A stretch of DNA of 64,000 bases from Amoebophrya sp. A120 (GCA_905178155.1 CAJINV010000009.1:3785556-3849555); one strand, 5' to 3'. Positions 23,701 through 37,800 are shown, counted from the first letter of the stretch. Notes: generated from the letters alone by a model not told the origin. Made by a program: numbers and translations.

Positions 23701-23910
23701 GTAAGTCTGTCATGCCTGTTTGCTATACTTACATTTACATTCACTCAGGTTGTCGAGGGCGCTGTGGACGACATTCGGCAGGTGAGCTACGCGATTGCGG
23801 TCACGCGGCATCCCTTTTGCGATGAGGACAACGAGGGCGATGAGACCATGCTGGAATTCCCCTGGTTGGTGTCCGAATTGGCAATCGTCGGGAATCAGCC
23901 TGTTTGGTAG
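17756..23910 (+). CDS. TIM44: Mitochondrial import inner membrane translocase subunit TIM44
   Basis: Long R/S/A-rich presequence ending RRHFSSS, coiled coil, and Tim44 C-domain (ETEIAQSLREMKEISTNF..F; AYLNGDKEFLKLHCGEAAY; FVFTFHTQQINCLR; VVEGAVDDIRQVSY). Exons approx 17756-18469, 21599-21636, 21840-21885, 22156-22206, 22376-22475, 22751-23589, 23749-23910. Three GT-AG introns and three introners. Confidence 0.9.
18594..21490. mobile_element. 2.9-kb GC-rich non-autonomous TIR element inside TIM44 intron 1
   Basis: About 80-bp imperfect TIRs starting TTACAAACGG and ending CCGTTTGTAA; flanks ATGTA/ATGTG; no transposase motif seen. Confidence 0.8.
20082..20230. repeat. Tandem 11-mer CGGAAGGATTT array
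   Basis: Roughly a dozen imperfect copies; the motif also occurs in both TIRs of the host element. Confidence 0.85.
21637..21834. mobile_element. Diverged introner in TIM44
   Basis: 198 bp; TIR TATGCGTGGAAAA / TTTTCCCACCATA; DR CAAAT/CGGTT; frame restored. Confidence 0.7.
21886..22150. mobile_element. Introner in TIM44 (TIR TATCCTAGCAAAAC)
   Basis: 265 bp; perfect 14-bp TIR; DR ACTTC/GCTGC; frame restored. Confidence 0.8.
22476..22745. mobile_element. Introner family C
   Basis: 270 bp; DR CGCGA/CGCGA. Confidence 0.9.
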
Positions 23911-25290
23911 AAGTAGTTGGTGATGAACATACAACACCGTCGTGACCCACCTCAGTATACATAGCGAGGGTCGTTCTTTCTTCAACATCTTCACCACCGA
24001 CAGCGCGTCCAGACCACGGCGGATAATTGAGTAGACACAAGAACACGAGTCTGGATCAACATCATGAAAAAATGTTCTGTCTATCAGAAGGAGTAGGACT
24101 ACGACCCGGGCGGATCGCTATGGTTGGGCCGAGACTCCTGACCACCGTCTTTGCAGTGTTTGAACAAAAATGAAATTACTGGATCCCAGTTTACCCTACT
24201 TCAAAAGTTGTATATGAAAACGTGTTGGCTCTTACCCTCCAACCCAGGCAGGAGCGCATTTCTTACATGCGCGACTTGTTGTTTGAAACGCACTTTATTC
24301 AGCTGCCCTATGTAGGTCTGGAACCCAGCCGCAGAACGAGGACAGTTCTTGAAAGTATAAGTTCTTCTTCTTTGTGTTTTCGATAAAGCTAGCGACCTCG
24401 TCGAGAAGTCGAAGTAAGTCCACAAAATCAAACGAAACGACGAATCACATTGTGACGCGAAATTCAGTAAAGAGCAGTGGAGGTGTAAGAAATTTTCACG
24501 CCCCGCTGCACTTGCTTTTTCAAGAACTGGATTAAAGCGACAAACAACAGAAAGCGACAAAAAAATGAACTGGATGAACTACATCGCGACCCGTTATATT
24601 TGACGTTACTGCGCAACTGCAATCGTGGACGGTGCAGGCAAATTTTGGCCCCCGTGCTGATGTTCCTATAGAGGAAGAGCAGGCTGAAAACCAGTAACAT
24701 CTCGCCCTCGTTGTAAGGCACATGACCACAGATCCATAAAATACGTATGGAGTTCGTGTCGGTATCATGAAAAATCTCATTGTCTGGGTCGTCGTCGTTA
24801 ACGTAGGATTCAAGGATTACGTAGCAAGAGCTTTCGTCGATAATGGTTTCCTCTCCAAGTCGTGTTAACTAAATGGTCGTCACTTCATCTAACAGGCTTT
24901 CGATGCTTTCGACGTGGTCCGCTACTAGCAACCTCTCTCTTCACGTCGTCGGTCATTCATCGTGGAAAGCATGTAGTTGCTAGTGCAGCTGCGTCTAGTA
25001 CTAGTTGTACCATTTCCGTTATGTGCTCTTGAACACTTCCGCGACGTGGACGTTAGGTCGAAACAAGAACGCGTCATGATTTTACTCGTGATTCATCAAT
25101 CCAAGCAATTCCAACTTCGAGCAAGAATGTGGCTTAAGCTACAACTTTCTGATGAATCCAGTCGCAAATTCTGTCAAAAAACCTTCGTCGAAGAACAGCT
25201 TGTCTTGCTCTGTTTTTTTGAAATAAAGAAAATACTTTTTTTTGTGGTCCTAATAGTACAGCAAGATCATAAAAAATTGAAACGAGTAAA

Positions 25291-28200
25291 ATGTCCACCA
25301 ACGACGATCCAAACAACAACAGCCCCACTCAACGCCTCAGCGTGGGCACGACCGGCGGGGGCCAACCATCAAACGATCAGCAGGTGCCTCCACCCAAAAT
25401 GTCCACGACTAGCGCTGCCTTGTTTTCCGATTTGCAGCGGCTGTTGCGAACTGAGCCAACGGTGGTGGACAAATTGCAGCAGCAAAGCGGCACCACAGCA
25501 AGCGCCATGCAGTTCCAACTGCCCAATACCGAAGAGATAAACGCGGTTCGGAGGAGCAGCCGAGTCTCGGGTGCAGGACCTGCTTCGCGAAGTGCCAGTG
25601 GGAGCGCCAGCCCGGAGAGAAATTCTGTACTAGCACAACAACAGGTCTCTAAGAACAACATCTCGTCAGACCAGCAATTGCTCCAAATGGCGTCGTCCTC
25701 CGCCGCACAAGTCTCGGCCAACAAACGCCTCTCCGCCACCGCCGGCGCAGCAGCTGCGGGAACCAGCAAGCCGAAGGTGATGCTCACCGCGGGATATAGT
25801 AGTAGTGCGGGGATGAATAAAATAAACCGAAAACCCATCGTGCGACACACGGTGGATTACTCGCGGAACAGCTCGCACCGCTGTGTGAAAGACCACAACT
25901 GGGTGGCGAACCAGCCGTCCCATTTACTCGATTACCATCGCGACTTGCGGTCAAATATGCCGACGAAGTCGATGAAAACGATCAAGCCGGGAGGAAAGAC
26001 GTATATTCCGGGGAAGGGCTACGAAAAGGTGGCGGCGCATCTCACGGATTCGCTGCCGTTAAGTCACGAGCATCCGCATGATCTGGTATAGAAGATTCGG
26101 GTTTTAGTACTTAAATAATAGCTTCTATAATTTCATACATTGTTCCATCACCTCCATCTCTACGGTGCATGACAACTGACCTCTGCATTTATTATTTTTT
26201 GCAAGCCATAATGATGCATTGCAAGTTCAAATTCCAGTCACGACGGACCCATGTTTGCAATTATCAGGTCCGCGAGCGTAGCAAACCGGGCAGAGCTCTG
26301 CACACCCGGCCGGTGTCTCCGAAACGGGGTGGAGCAGCGGACCAGCAACGGCTTTCGGCTGCGGAGATGCCGCTTGGTGTCCGAAATTCCCAGGAGTTGC
26401 TGGTGGAAGACGGTGTTTCTATGCGGATCTCCGGGAGTCCGGCACGCACGGTGCCCTCCGGCAACCAGCAAATGTTCCAGTTTTCTCCCGCTTTCGGGGA
26501 GCACGACACGTGGATACATGCGGAGCGCGGAAGTGGTGCAGCTTCGTCCTCGTCCATTATGAAGATGCCAAGTACCGGCACGCCGGTGGTGCTAGAAGAA
26601 CAGCAGCTCGGGGCAGGTAGAAACAGTGGATCTAGTGCAGCGGCCATTGTACCATCAAAGGATGAGGTGGAGAGGTGGGTTGCACAGTTTCCAACCATGA
26701 ATGATGCGCAACGGGAAGGGATTCTGAAGGAACTGGTATAGGGTTCGTTCTTTTTGCTTGATGTGTGATGCGATGCTACAGTTCGACTTCAAATTCAATG
26801 TGTGATCCACCGTGGTCGTAATACATTACTGGACGGCATCTCCAATCTACGGTTCGTTGACTTTGTGCTTTCTTGGACGGCATCTCATTCTCATGAAGAT
26901 GGTTTTCGCATGGAGCAATAAGTTTCGACACCATGATCTTCAGGTCCGCAAAATCCGGTTTCTTTCCAAACTCCAATACGGGTCCATTACCGGTTCGCAA
27001 ATCATGTGGCAAGCGTGCGCGGATTTGCGCTTGCAGGGTCACTTGTCGGAGCGAACGAAGCAACAACTGCTGAAGCTGGAAAGTTCTTCTATCAACTCTG
27101 GGCAGGACTTCATCAGCTCGGACCTGCTCCTCTCCACAAACGCAGGAAACGTGGACGCCGCGGATTTGGAAGCAATTATGCCCGATGACCCGGTCCTGCT
27201 CCAGGAAGAGTTGAAGCACCTCCGAGCAGAGTTGCAGATCACGAAGTTGGAACTTTTGCAGGCGAACATGCTCGCGGAAGATCCAGAACTGGCCAGACAG
27301 CACCAGCATGGATCCATGTTGGACAGTTTGGGCGCGTCCAGCAACTTTCTGATACGCATTGCAAAGGCAAAAAATCGCACTCTTCGTACAAAATGCAGTC
27401 TGGCATGATTTTCATCTCTTATGATGTTTGGAAATTTGTCAAAATCAATGCAAGGTCCACTACTTACGTGAACGTGCATTGCTATGCTTTTGCGATGCAT
27501 ATCTGAATGAAGTGGACAATTTCGCCACGGGGACGAGAAGGTCAACGAATTTGCGAGCGACGAGTCCCTCCCCACGAACGGGGGGAGCAAGTGGCATGTC
27601 GGCGAATTCCATGCTGATGCGCACCGGCCCCCTGAACAGCATTTCTGCGGCGACGGCGGACATGGAAAAGCTGAATCAAGACCTGGAGCAGCAGCTCCAA
27701 TTCTTGAAATACCGAGAACACTCCCTCGAGCTCCTCGGCGCGGCCTCCAAAATGCCGCTGAGCAGTGCCGCGTCGGCGATCACGGGTGGAGGGCGGAGCA
27801 ACCGGTCCAGTCCAACCGCCAGTCCGGTTTCCTCCCCGATGGACACAGCAATTCCGGGCGGGTCTTTATCGCAAGAAAAAAGTGCTACAGTTACACATTG
27901 TGTTGCAGGCCAAGCAAGACAGACCAGCTCTGTCATGCCGGATATGCATAGGAGCCTCGTTTCAACGCAGGCGTTTTCCCGTAGGATTTCTGCATTTCAA
28001 GTTTTCTCTCTCATGCAGGGACATTTGTGTTGCTACATTGCCTACAAATGTGTAACTGTAGCACTTTTTTCGTGGGATAGTCTTCTTCTTGCTCCCACCA
28101 GGGTGTCACGCCGAGTCTGAAACTGCTCGACGGAGCGCAGCTCACGCATTTGACGTTTTTGCTGGAAAACCACTCGATGCTCACGACGACGTCCTCGGGG

Positions 28201-30459
28201 AAGAGAAAACAGACCTGCTCAATCAAAACGAAAGCCGATTTAGCGAAGGTCTTGAACGTATCAAATGTAAAAGTGTCTGGGTCTGGAAAAATGGAACTTG
28301 TGATGCTGCCTTTCGATTCCAAAAGAATCTGTATTGCATGAGCAGCAAAGGGAATGTAATTTTTGCTACGCGGAGAGGGCATTTGTCATGCGGAATAGGC
28401 ATCAAGAAGCCCTCAAAAAATCGGTGATGCTAGGGCACGCATCACAGACGTCATGGCTCATGCAAAACGTGCATGACAAGTCTCAAAATTTTCCAGACCC
28501 AGACATTTTTGCAATTGATAGAACGAGGTCGACGCGTTCGACTTGCACGCCCTCCGAACGCTTCCCAAACCGGACGCAGTCGCGAAACTCGCGCTGACGA
28601 GATTGTTGAAAGGGCTGCCCATGGAGGTGATGGAGTTGTTTCGGGGGATAATGCTCGGTGCGGACTTCTCTTATTTCGCGGAAATGGCTGGCGGGTCGAT
28701 TTTTGAGCAGCTGAGTAGCAATCCGAACAATAAACCGGGCCTGAAACAGACTTTGTTTACGACGAAAAAGCAGATTTTGCAAAAGTGCGAGGACGTAAAG
28801 CAGTTCTACAGCAGCTATTCAAGAAAAAAACACCATCGCGATCACTTTTGCACATTTTGCAATACAAAAATTTTTGTCATGCGCAAAAATGCATCACAGT
28901 CAAGAATTGTTGGTGATTTCCCTTTGGGTTTTTGCAATACAAGAAAAATTTGTCATGCGAGAGAAATTTCTGATGCAAAAGCTTCTAAATGTGATTGTGA
29001 TGGTGTTTTTTTCTTGGATAGCAGCAACAGCTTCAACAACAACAAAACGTCGACAGGCACTGAGCAGCTGCAGATTTTCCTCGACCGGTTACAGCTCCTG
29101 CAGTCCGTGATCAGCGACAAGATGGATGATGTGCAAGCGGGGTTTGTGCGGCATTTGCTGCAACCAGATCCGTATGAATTGCAAAAGTATCGTAATATTC
29201 GTATAAATGCATTACAAATTTCCTCAGCGTGAGAAATAAAATTTGTAAATGCTAATTTGCATTAAGACCACCATTTGTAATGCATGATTACAATACGAGT
29301 TCGATGCTTTTGCAATGCATAATCCGGACGCGAAACTTCATATGCGAAAGATTCTGAACGAACTGCAGAACAAACTCATACCGAGTCTGTACAAGGTTTT
29401 GGTCTTGAAAAAGGTGGAAAACAACAGCGAAGAGAATGCGGGAGGAGCAACAGGAGGAAGTTCATCCGAGGACACGATGTCAGTCGTCGACCAGAGTGCG
29501 GCGAACTATGAATTGCAAAAATGTCTGGGTCTGGAAGATTGCAACTTGTCATGGTAAATCTGAAGCATGCAAAAATCTGTGTTGCATGAGTGCCAAAAGC
29601 TGTCCACTTTTGACCAAGCTGGAACGGAGTTTCTCATGCAGAATACGCATGGCAGAGACCTCGCAGAGTCTGTCATGCTAAGTCCAGCACTCCAGACCTC
29701 ATGGGTCATGGAAAATCTGCATGACAAGTCTACACTCTTCCAGACCCAGACATATGTGCAATGCATATGAACAGGCGGATCTCGATTCCGGGGGTAAATG
29801 ACCTGATGCAGCCCGAGGATTTGAAAATTGAGGAAGCACTGCGAGCGGAAGAGGAGAGCATGATGAATAACAATAACAGCACTGGGTCTGCAGGACCAGT
29901 GGCGGGATCTTCGCAGCAAATAAATGCGGCGGAACAGCAATTGAGTCGCGGTAGTGTCAACTTCGGGCGCGCCTCTGTCGCAGAAGAAGCAGCCCCTGCG
30001 GGACAAAAGGAACTGGCACAGCAAGCCCAAGCTGCTCCTACCGAAGCAGTAGATCCCAGCAACGCAGTGGCCGCTCGCATGGCCGAAATCAAAAAGAAGA
30101 AACAGACTCAGCGAGGGCTCATGGAAACAACACCAGCAACGGCTGAAGCAGAAGTACCAGCAGAACAGGGCGAGGTAGCCGCCCAAGCATCAGCACCAGC
30201 AGAAGCAGTTGACTTCTCAACAGTAGAGCCGATGGATACCCCCCTGGCCGCCCGCATGGCGGCGATAAAAGCGAAGAAACAGGGCGCGAGAAGCATGAAC
30301 ATGGAGCGGAGAGCAAGCCGGGACGCAAGCTCGGATGGAACTGGCGTACAGGGAGGTGGGCCGGCGGAGGAGGTGACTTCTACCCCGGCCGGCGGCAGTT
30401 CGCCGACGGGAACTATCGATGCGCAACCGGTGATCTCGGATCCGTTTGCACCGCATTAA
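25291..30459 (+). CDS. Large hypothetical protein with low-complexity and coiled-coil regions, 2 GT-AG introns and 6 introners
   Basis: ATG 25291. GT-AG introns 26086-26267 and 26736-26943. All later ORF pieces join in frame after element removal. Stop TAA at 30457-30459. Confidence 0.75.
27353..27501. mobile_element. Introner, B-like
   Basis: 149 bp; DR TCTGA/TCTGA; frame restored. Confidence 0.85.
27867..28079. mobile_element. Introner family D (TIR ..GAAAAAAGTGCTACAGTTACACATT)
   Basis: 213 bp; DR GTCTT/GTCTT; frame restored. Confidence 0.9.
28259..28520. mobile_element. Introner family C
   Basis: 262 bp; DR GAACG/GAACG. Confidence 0.9.
28816..29020. mobile_element. Introner family E (TIR TATYCAAGAAAAAAACACCATC), in frame and stop-free
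   Basis: 205 bp; DR GCAGC/GCAGC; 210 nt is a multiple of 3. Confidence 0.88.
29173..29321. mobile_element. Introner family B
   Basis: 149 bp; DR ATCCG/ATCCG. Confidence 0.9.
29507..29767. mobile_element. Introner family C with B-like outer termini
   Basis: 261 bp; DR CGAAC/TGAAC. Confidence 0.9.
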
Positions 30460-31895
30460 TGGAGTGTGGCGGTGGAAGATCAGTGTGTCGCTGATAAGAA
30501 GAACTGTATCATACGTTTGAATGATTCGAGCGGCTAGCGTTTGAAAAATGATAATGAATGCACACGTTTATCTTTATCATCCAAGATTTTATTACTCAAT
30601 TTTCCACGTAGCGTTAATGTGGATCTAATTTCGTTATTATCACGTTATCTTTCAGCATCAAATTTTCAGGAGTTTTCAAAGTTGTCTTATCTCATCTAGA
30701 CTCGATATTGCTTTACTGGCTTCGTTATGTGGTTTACTCCCTCACTTTTTTGTACTAGATTTTTTTTGCAACATGGTTTCAGCAGCAGAATCAGAAATGA
30801 AAACTATGATCACAACACAATTTGCGTTAAATTTCTTCGTCGCTCTTGGCTTGAAGTTTTTATCTTTGCATATGGTCGCTCACTCAGGAGCATGATCGTC
30901 CTGGTATGGTATTATCAAGTTGAAATTCTCATGATGCAAAAACTTTTGGTCGTCAAGCTTTTAAACATGCGCAGAGTACCAGCTGTATTTTCGTTTTCGG
31001 GAAGGTAGAAAATTTGAACGAATTGAACATGTACAATGTTAATTTGTGCACCCGTAATATTGTATTTAGCAAATAAACGATTAGTCGCACAGGAGTAGGC
31101 ACTTCTCAAGCCCAGCCGGCGACGGCGAGAGCAGGTGTGCAATTTTACCTTTGCTCGTCCCGAGCTGCACCCAGACAAATCGTTCAACGTCCTCTCGATT
31201 GCTACAACTGAAGAGTTCTTTGACGCTCGATACTGAAGTGAGTCGCTCTGTTGTGCGCTGGCCTGCTGTGTGGTTGAACAAGATTGAGAGACTTGGCAGT
31301 GCCACAACTACAAAAGCAAACTGACCTTTGTCCGTTTTGTCTTCGTTGCTCGTGTTGAATTTGAATAAAGCGTAAGATCGAATCGATCGGACGATTTGTT
31401 GCGCGTCGCAGCAGCGGGAACACCAAGAGCGGCCAGAGGACCCTTGGTTGCTTTCCTCCTTCGATCGATGAATTATCTTCTGATGTGGACGAGCTGTAAA
31501 AAACCTACGATGAAAAACGCTACCGAGTAGAAATTCCCTAGTTGCCGTATGAGCATCGGTGTGATTTGCGTCGTCGCTCGACTTTACGAATGCAACTCAC
31601 CTGTACTATTTGTAGCAAAACCTCCACCACTACACACAAGCAGGCTTCACTCAAACTGTTTTTGGACCGACGACAAAAAACGTGATCACCACAATGACAA
31701 TCTCCAGATTCTATGTTTTAGGGAAGAAGCAAAAGCAAAATGGCATATTAACCACGAAATAGAGCCATGATCTTCAACTTCAACTCTATGATATTTCTTG
31801 AACACGAGACTCCTGTGTATGGAGTTTTCGTAGTTGTCGGCAGCTGCTTCTAGATCTAGAAGTCGCAAAATCTGCAAAAAATCTACATCAACACG

Positions 31896-34800
31896 ATGTC
31901 ATCGTCACTCCAGAATAAGTCCACATCCTCCTCCAGCATGACTTCTGGTACCACGGACAAAGGCCTCCGCGGCGGCCCGGCCAAGACCTATTCACTCGAG
32001 GGTTTGAGAGCGATGGGAATCGGCACGCTCCGAATCTTGGCCCGGGCCCAGGGCATCCAGGCCCCAACCTCCAAGCCGCATCCCTCGGAAACGGTGGAAT
32101 CGCTGGCACAGCAGATTTTGGAAAAACAGGAGCGGGAAAAGTCTCTGAGTCTGAACTCCTCAAACGGCTCCATCCGAGCAGAAAATCTCAGGAGCGCGAT
32201 CTCCCGCGCGAAAAACACAACTGGGGTGGTCGAGCGGAAAGGAGAACCGCATGAGGGCGTAATAGGTCTTGCTGGTGGGACGGTAGCACAGCAAAAACAA
32301 GCAGAGGCAGCGACTCGAGAACCACCGCCACCCACCTACCACAGTGTGAATAAGGAGAACCAGCAGCAGGACGAGCCGCCCCCGTCCTACAGCGTTGCAA
32401 CGGGAGCTGGTGGAGCAGTTGTAGCTCCTCAGGGTAGTGCAGCAAACTCCATGATCCGCCAGCTGGTTTCTGGGCCGACGGTGACAGCGAGCTCCAGTAC
32501 AAACCCGAATCCCCTAGGCGCTGGAACAAACATTGGCGGGACCGAGAGACCAAATTTTTCCTCGAACGAGGAGGCCAGTGAGTCTGCTGGACCGAACAAC
32601 ATCAACAATCTCGGGACCACGACAAATAAACACACGGCGCCCACCTCCGCTACCACCCGGATTGTGCAACACCCGGACGAGCGACCGCTGCAGCCCCCGT
32701 CGTACAACTCCCATTTTTCCGCGAGAAGTGCTGTTAACTCTTCCAGTGTCAGCGAGCAGCAGCTCCCTGCGACGGTCAGCTATGAACTGCAAAAGTATCG
32801 TACTCGTATAAATGCATTACAAATTTTCTCAGCATGAGAAATAGAATTTGTGATGCAGATTTACCGTAAGAAAAAAATTTGTAGTGCATGATTGCAATAC
32901 GAGTGCGATACTTTTGCACAGGATATCAGCACCTTGACGAACAATTCGTTTCTGAACACAAACTATCATGTGCAAAAGTATCGTACTCGTAGTAATTGCA
33001 TTTATGCATTACAAATCTCCGTCCCAAGGTAGATCAGCATGACAAATTCCATTTCTCGCGCTAAGCTAATTTGTAGTAATGCATTGTATACTACTACTAG
33101 TGCGATGCTTTTTCATTGCATACAAACAGCAACAGCAAGCAAAATCTTCCAAATGAGTTTGGATTTGGACCAAATCCAAACGACCCCTCCCGTTCCCGCA
33201 CGCCGAAGCGCACGAACCCCATGAAGTTCATGCCCTCGGCGAGGCAAAACGCTGCGAATTTTATTGCCAATAATTCTGGCAATCATGGAGCGACTAATGC
33301 TTCGGCTCTTGAACAGCAGCAGCAGCAGCAGCAATATAGTGGAGGTGTTGTAGCGCCACAAGTGGCAGCACATCAAACCAACCGGTCCTCCACGGGGAAA
33401 GCGCCCTCCCGTCGGCCCTCGGACCCGCCGGAGTCGTCTTTACCGCACAGATACCCTGTGCAAAAGTATCGTACTCGTAGCAATCGCTGTCATGCATTAC
33501 GAATCTCCTTCTTAACCTATATCCGCATTACAAATTCCAACTTTCCTGCTGAGGGAATTGGTCATGCGATTTCTACTACTACGATGCTTTTGCATTTCAT
33601 AACAGAAACCGGTTTCAGAAAATCACCGGAGGTGGAGGTGGCACCACGACAACTACGCATACGAATCTGAGTTTTTTGTCGCAAAATTCCTCCACTTCAA
33701 ATCTGCACCAACATCAGACGAAGAATTCCGCACGAAGGGTGAGCTCCGCGCACAACCAACGACGGATCTCCGGAGTGGGAATGGGAGCACAGCAGGGAGG
33801 TGCTGGAAGTAGAGATCTCAAGAGCGGCTTAGGCACTGGTGCTGGAATGGGCATGGCAACGGGCGGGAACCCGAATTTCAACTCTGCAGCGAGAAGGGCT
33901 TCATCCCTGGTCGGCGGGAGCAACAATAGCAGTGGTGGTTCTGGCACGTCGGCTGCTGCACCGCGTGGGATTTTGAAGAACACAAGCAATCAGCCGGCGC
34001 TTATCCACCCCCCATGGAACAGCAGCACTGCGAACACTTCGTTCAACCAAAACATCGGAAGTTTAGCGACGAGCAACGGCCAAAACAACAACGCGATGAA
34101 TACGTCACAGAACAATCAGTACTACGAGCGCGAGCGTGCGGCGAGTAGAATACCGCATCCAACGTCTAACTCGAGCAGAAGAAGTCTCGCGCCGCCGAAT
34201 TTCGGGCCGGGAAACGCGATGTCGCGGTCCGCGTCGGAGCCTGGACTGGGGCCAGGGATTATCATGCAAGCGGTGCAGCAGCACCAGCAGATAAATCAAG
34301 ACGTCGACAAAGATATCGACATGCTGGCTGGACAGGGGACAGTAGTACAAGCGCAACATCAACAGCAACCACCTTCCGGCACTCTCTCCGGTGCTGGTCC
34401 TCTGCTGAATTCCAGCAGTATGAACAATTTAAACAACTCCTCTGCCAATCTGTCCTTCTCCTCCGCTCTTTCCCAGCAGGACGTGAGTATGTTGCAGATG
34501 AGTTTTGTTCACCAGCATCAGCAGCAAAACTTGAATCCGCAGCAACAGGGACCACCTGCTCCTCCTCCCCAATCTGATCCGGAGCAGGAGCGCGCCCTCC
34601 GCAACCAGATCGAGCAGGAACTCCGCCAAAAAATCGAGCAAGAACTGAGGCAGAGCCTCGAACAGGAAGTGCGGCAGAAGCTCGGGCAGGAGTACACGGC
34701 AAAATTTGAGCACTTCACGCAGCGAGAGCGGGAGAGCATGCAGAAAACCTTTCAGGAGGAAGTCGCGAAAAAAGAGCAGGAGATCCGGGATTCGATGCGT

Positions 34801-37800
34801 ACCGAGATGGTGGCGCAGCTCCAACAGGAACAGACGAAGTTGAAGCAGGAGTGCGAAAAATTTGAACAGGACATGCACGCCCAGTTCAACCACGCAGTAG
34901 GGTTTAAGGTAGACAGTTACAAGAAGGAGCTGCAGAAAGCGAAACAGGAGCTGGAAAAAAAGCAAGAATTAGCCGCGACGATGACGAACGAACTGGAAAA
35001 TCTGAAAACGACGAACGCGAATTTGGTGCAAAACTTGAACACTTTGGCCGCAGGGGCGAAGAGTCCAGCTGCGGGTGGAGCAGCTTCTGGTGGTACTAGC
35101 ACGACAGGAGGCATGACAATGAAGCTGCAGCAAGACGTCACACCAGTGCAGTCGCAGAACTCGAAATCAAACGCGATGGAGGTGGATTCCACACCGATAC
35201 AACCTCCGGGAAACATCAATACATCAGCCAGTGCAGACGTGAACAAGAGTCTTCCCACAGGAGCAGCAGCTCCGGTAGTGGCGCTTGCAGCAGTTCCCAC
35301 CGAAGCCGAGTTGAAGAAGGAGATTTTGCAAGGCGTGCGAAAATCTGTGACCTTCAACGAGGAGCCCGATGTACGGGTGTATGGAAACTCGCAACCTGAC
35401 TCTGTAGCTCCTCCTGCTTCGCAACTACTAGGATCTTCCTCTCAGCAGCTTCCTGTGCAAGAGGACAGCAATAACGGTGGCACTGCTGGTGGTGACAACA
35501 ACCAAGACAACCAGGACTGTGTCATTACCCCGATGTCTACGAGCTCCAGCTCCCGGAAACGGGAGTCCAGTGGGAAAATGCAAGACAGTTTGGACGGCAA
35601 GGCTGCTGGTGGTAACAATCCTTCTTGCTTCAATCCCAACGCAGCGGAGGATGGCGAGGAAATAGAGCCTTTGAGTAAGAAGACCACGTCGGCAAAAAAG
35701 AAGCTGATCACGAAGGATACAGGTGGGGGAGGAGATGGACAAGAGGGTCAATTTCAACAGCAAGAACTGCTGCACAATTACGATGACGACATGAACGACA
35801 CAGCTTCGCTCCCGTTACAAGCGAAAATCGATTTGCTGCAACGGCAGTCCATGCACAACACGCTCATGCTGAACGCGCGGACCAGTTCGATGAATAAAAA
35901 CCAGATCGGAGTCAATCTGCTCCCTAACGCGACTACGGCGAATGACCAGCAAGCTGCCGATGTGGAGCAGTTCAGCCCTGATTTGGATCCGGAGATCTTA
36001 GACGCGATGGGCATGAGCTTCATGGAGACGAGTGAGAATGGTACGGCAGGTGCTGGGAGTGAGCAGGCCGGCGGAAGCTCTTCCAGCACGGCAAACGCAG
36101 CGGACAGTGGCGGTTTCCGAGCAGCTGCGAGCGCTGCGGCGAAAGCGAGTGGCGCGACTGGACCGGCTTCTGGCAATAAAGGCGGCGCACCAGCCGCGCC
36201 TTCTGCGAAAGGAGCTGCTACTGGTGGAAAGAAGGGCGCTGCAGGGAAAAAAGCGGGTGCAGCAGTGCCTGGGAAGAACGGAGGGAAATCGTCAAAAGGT
36301 GCTCCGGTCCCCGGCGGAGCTTCAAAGGGCGCCCCCGTGCCTCCATCGAAAGGCGCCGCGGTTCCGGGCGGGAAGGGGAAGGGCGGGAAGGGGAAAGGAA
36401 GTGGGAAGCGGAAGATTCCGGAATTTCATGGAATCAAGTTGCGACCGGTGTTCTGGTCGCAGATGCACGATGTGGATGCTGGTACAAGAACTACTCTGAC
36501 GTTATTTTCTTACTACCTTGTGCGCGTGTATACCAGCAGCTGTGATGTTGTTATGATGGAGAAGAACGGGAAGTCTGTCGATGTACTTCCCTCGATCTCG
36601 TCACAGTCTTGTGCTTGTTTTGTTTGTCATCAGAACCTTGTATATTAAAACCTAACCTCCAACACGCTTCGTCAGCGTCCCTGTGGGCCAAGCTACCGAG
36701 CGGCAACATCGGCGACGAGGATATTTCTTCCGAAAAGGAAAAGATGAAACCCCCACAAAATAACCCGGACGTTCCGAATGTCGCCGCGGAGAAGATGCTG
36801 GCGACGCTGAACCCAAATTTCGAACAGCTATTGGAACAACAATTCCCTGTGACGCAAGCGAAGATTCAACTCCAGGTTTCCGATGCAAACATGCTAAGCA
36901 ACAACCCGAACAACCCCATGAACCACGCCCAGCAGCAGGAGAAGATTCTCACCATTCTGGATAGCAAGCGAAACCAACATTTGTCGATCGTCTTTAAACA
37001 GCTGCCCCCGCCGAACGCGATTATCGATGTTTTGAACGGCATTGGGCCGCCACTAACCCCGGAGCAAGCGACTTTGTTGTACAAGGAGGCTTTCATCACG
37101 GACGCGGAAAAGAAAAAAATGGGGGAAATCCACGTGAGCCGAGCGCCGGGACAGTACTGGGGAACGCCGGAGCAATATTTTATCGCGGTGACAAAGGTAT
37201 TCGTTTCGTATGAGAGAAATGGAAACTTCAAAGACTTGTAGTTCGAGTTGCTAGCTAGTTCTTTCGATGTTGACGCTATGACGAAATAAGCTAGTTCTCC
37301 TGCATCGATTCATCGCGAGAACCACTTTTCGTTTGTATGCAAAAACGCATCAATACAATTACAATCACATCAGGCCCCGCGCAGTTTTCAAGTTCTGCGC
37401 GCCTGGTCCTTCCTCGGCACCTTCGGCCCGCAAAGCGAAGAGTGTCGGCTGCAACTGAAGGAGTTTGAACAGGCGATTTTGACCCTGCAAAACAACCCGC
37501 TTTTGGAAAAAATCCTGCACATGATGCTCTTTATGCATTGCAAATATGTCTGGGTCTGGAAGGTTTCAACTTGTGATGCTGGATTTCGATTCCACAATAA
37601 ATCTGTATTGCATGAGCAGCAAAAGAACTCCAGTTTTTTCCATGGCGAGAGCGCATTTCTGATGCGGTATAGGCATCAGGAAGCCGTCGTAAAATCTGTG
37701 ATGCTAGGGCATGCATCACAGACATCAGGAGTCATGCAAAATGTGCATGACAAACCTTGCATCCTTCCAGACCCAGACACTTTTGCACTTGATGCTCTTA

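Noticed and set aside
28526-28620. DLHALRTLPKPDAVAK resembling a dynein stalk microtubule-binding motif
   Set aside because: Too short and no other dynein features; needs a profile search.
36483-36642. TACAAG/CTTGTA as introner ends in the formin gene
   Set aside because: The +5 rule breaks frame, whereas GT-AG intron 36482-36633 restores it.
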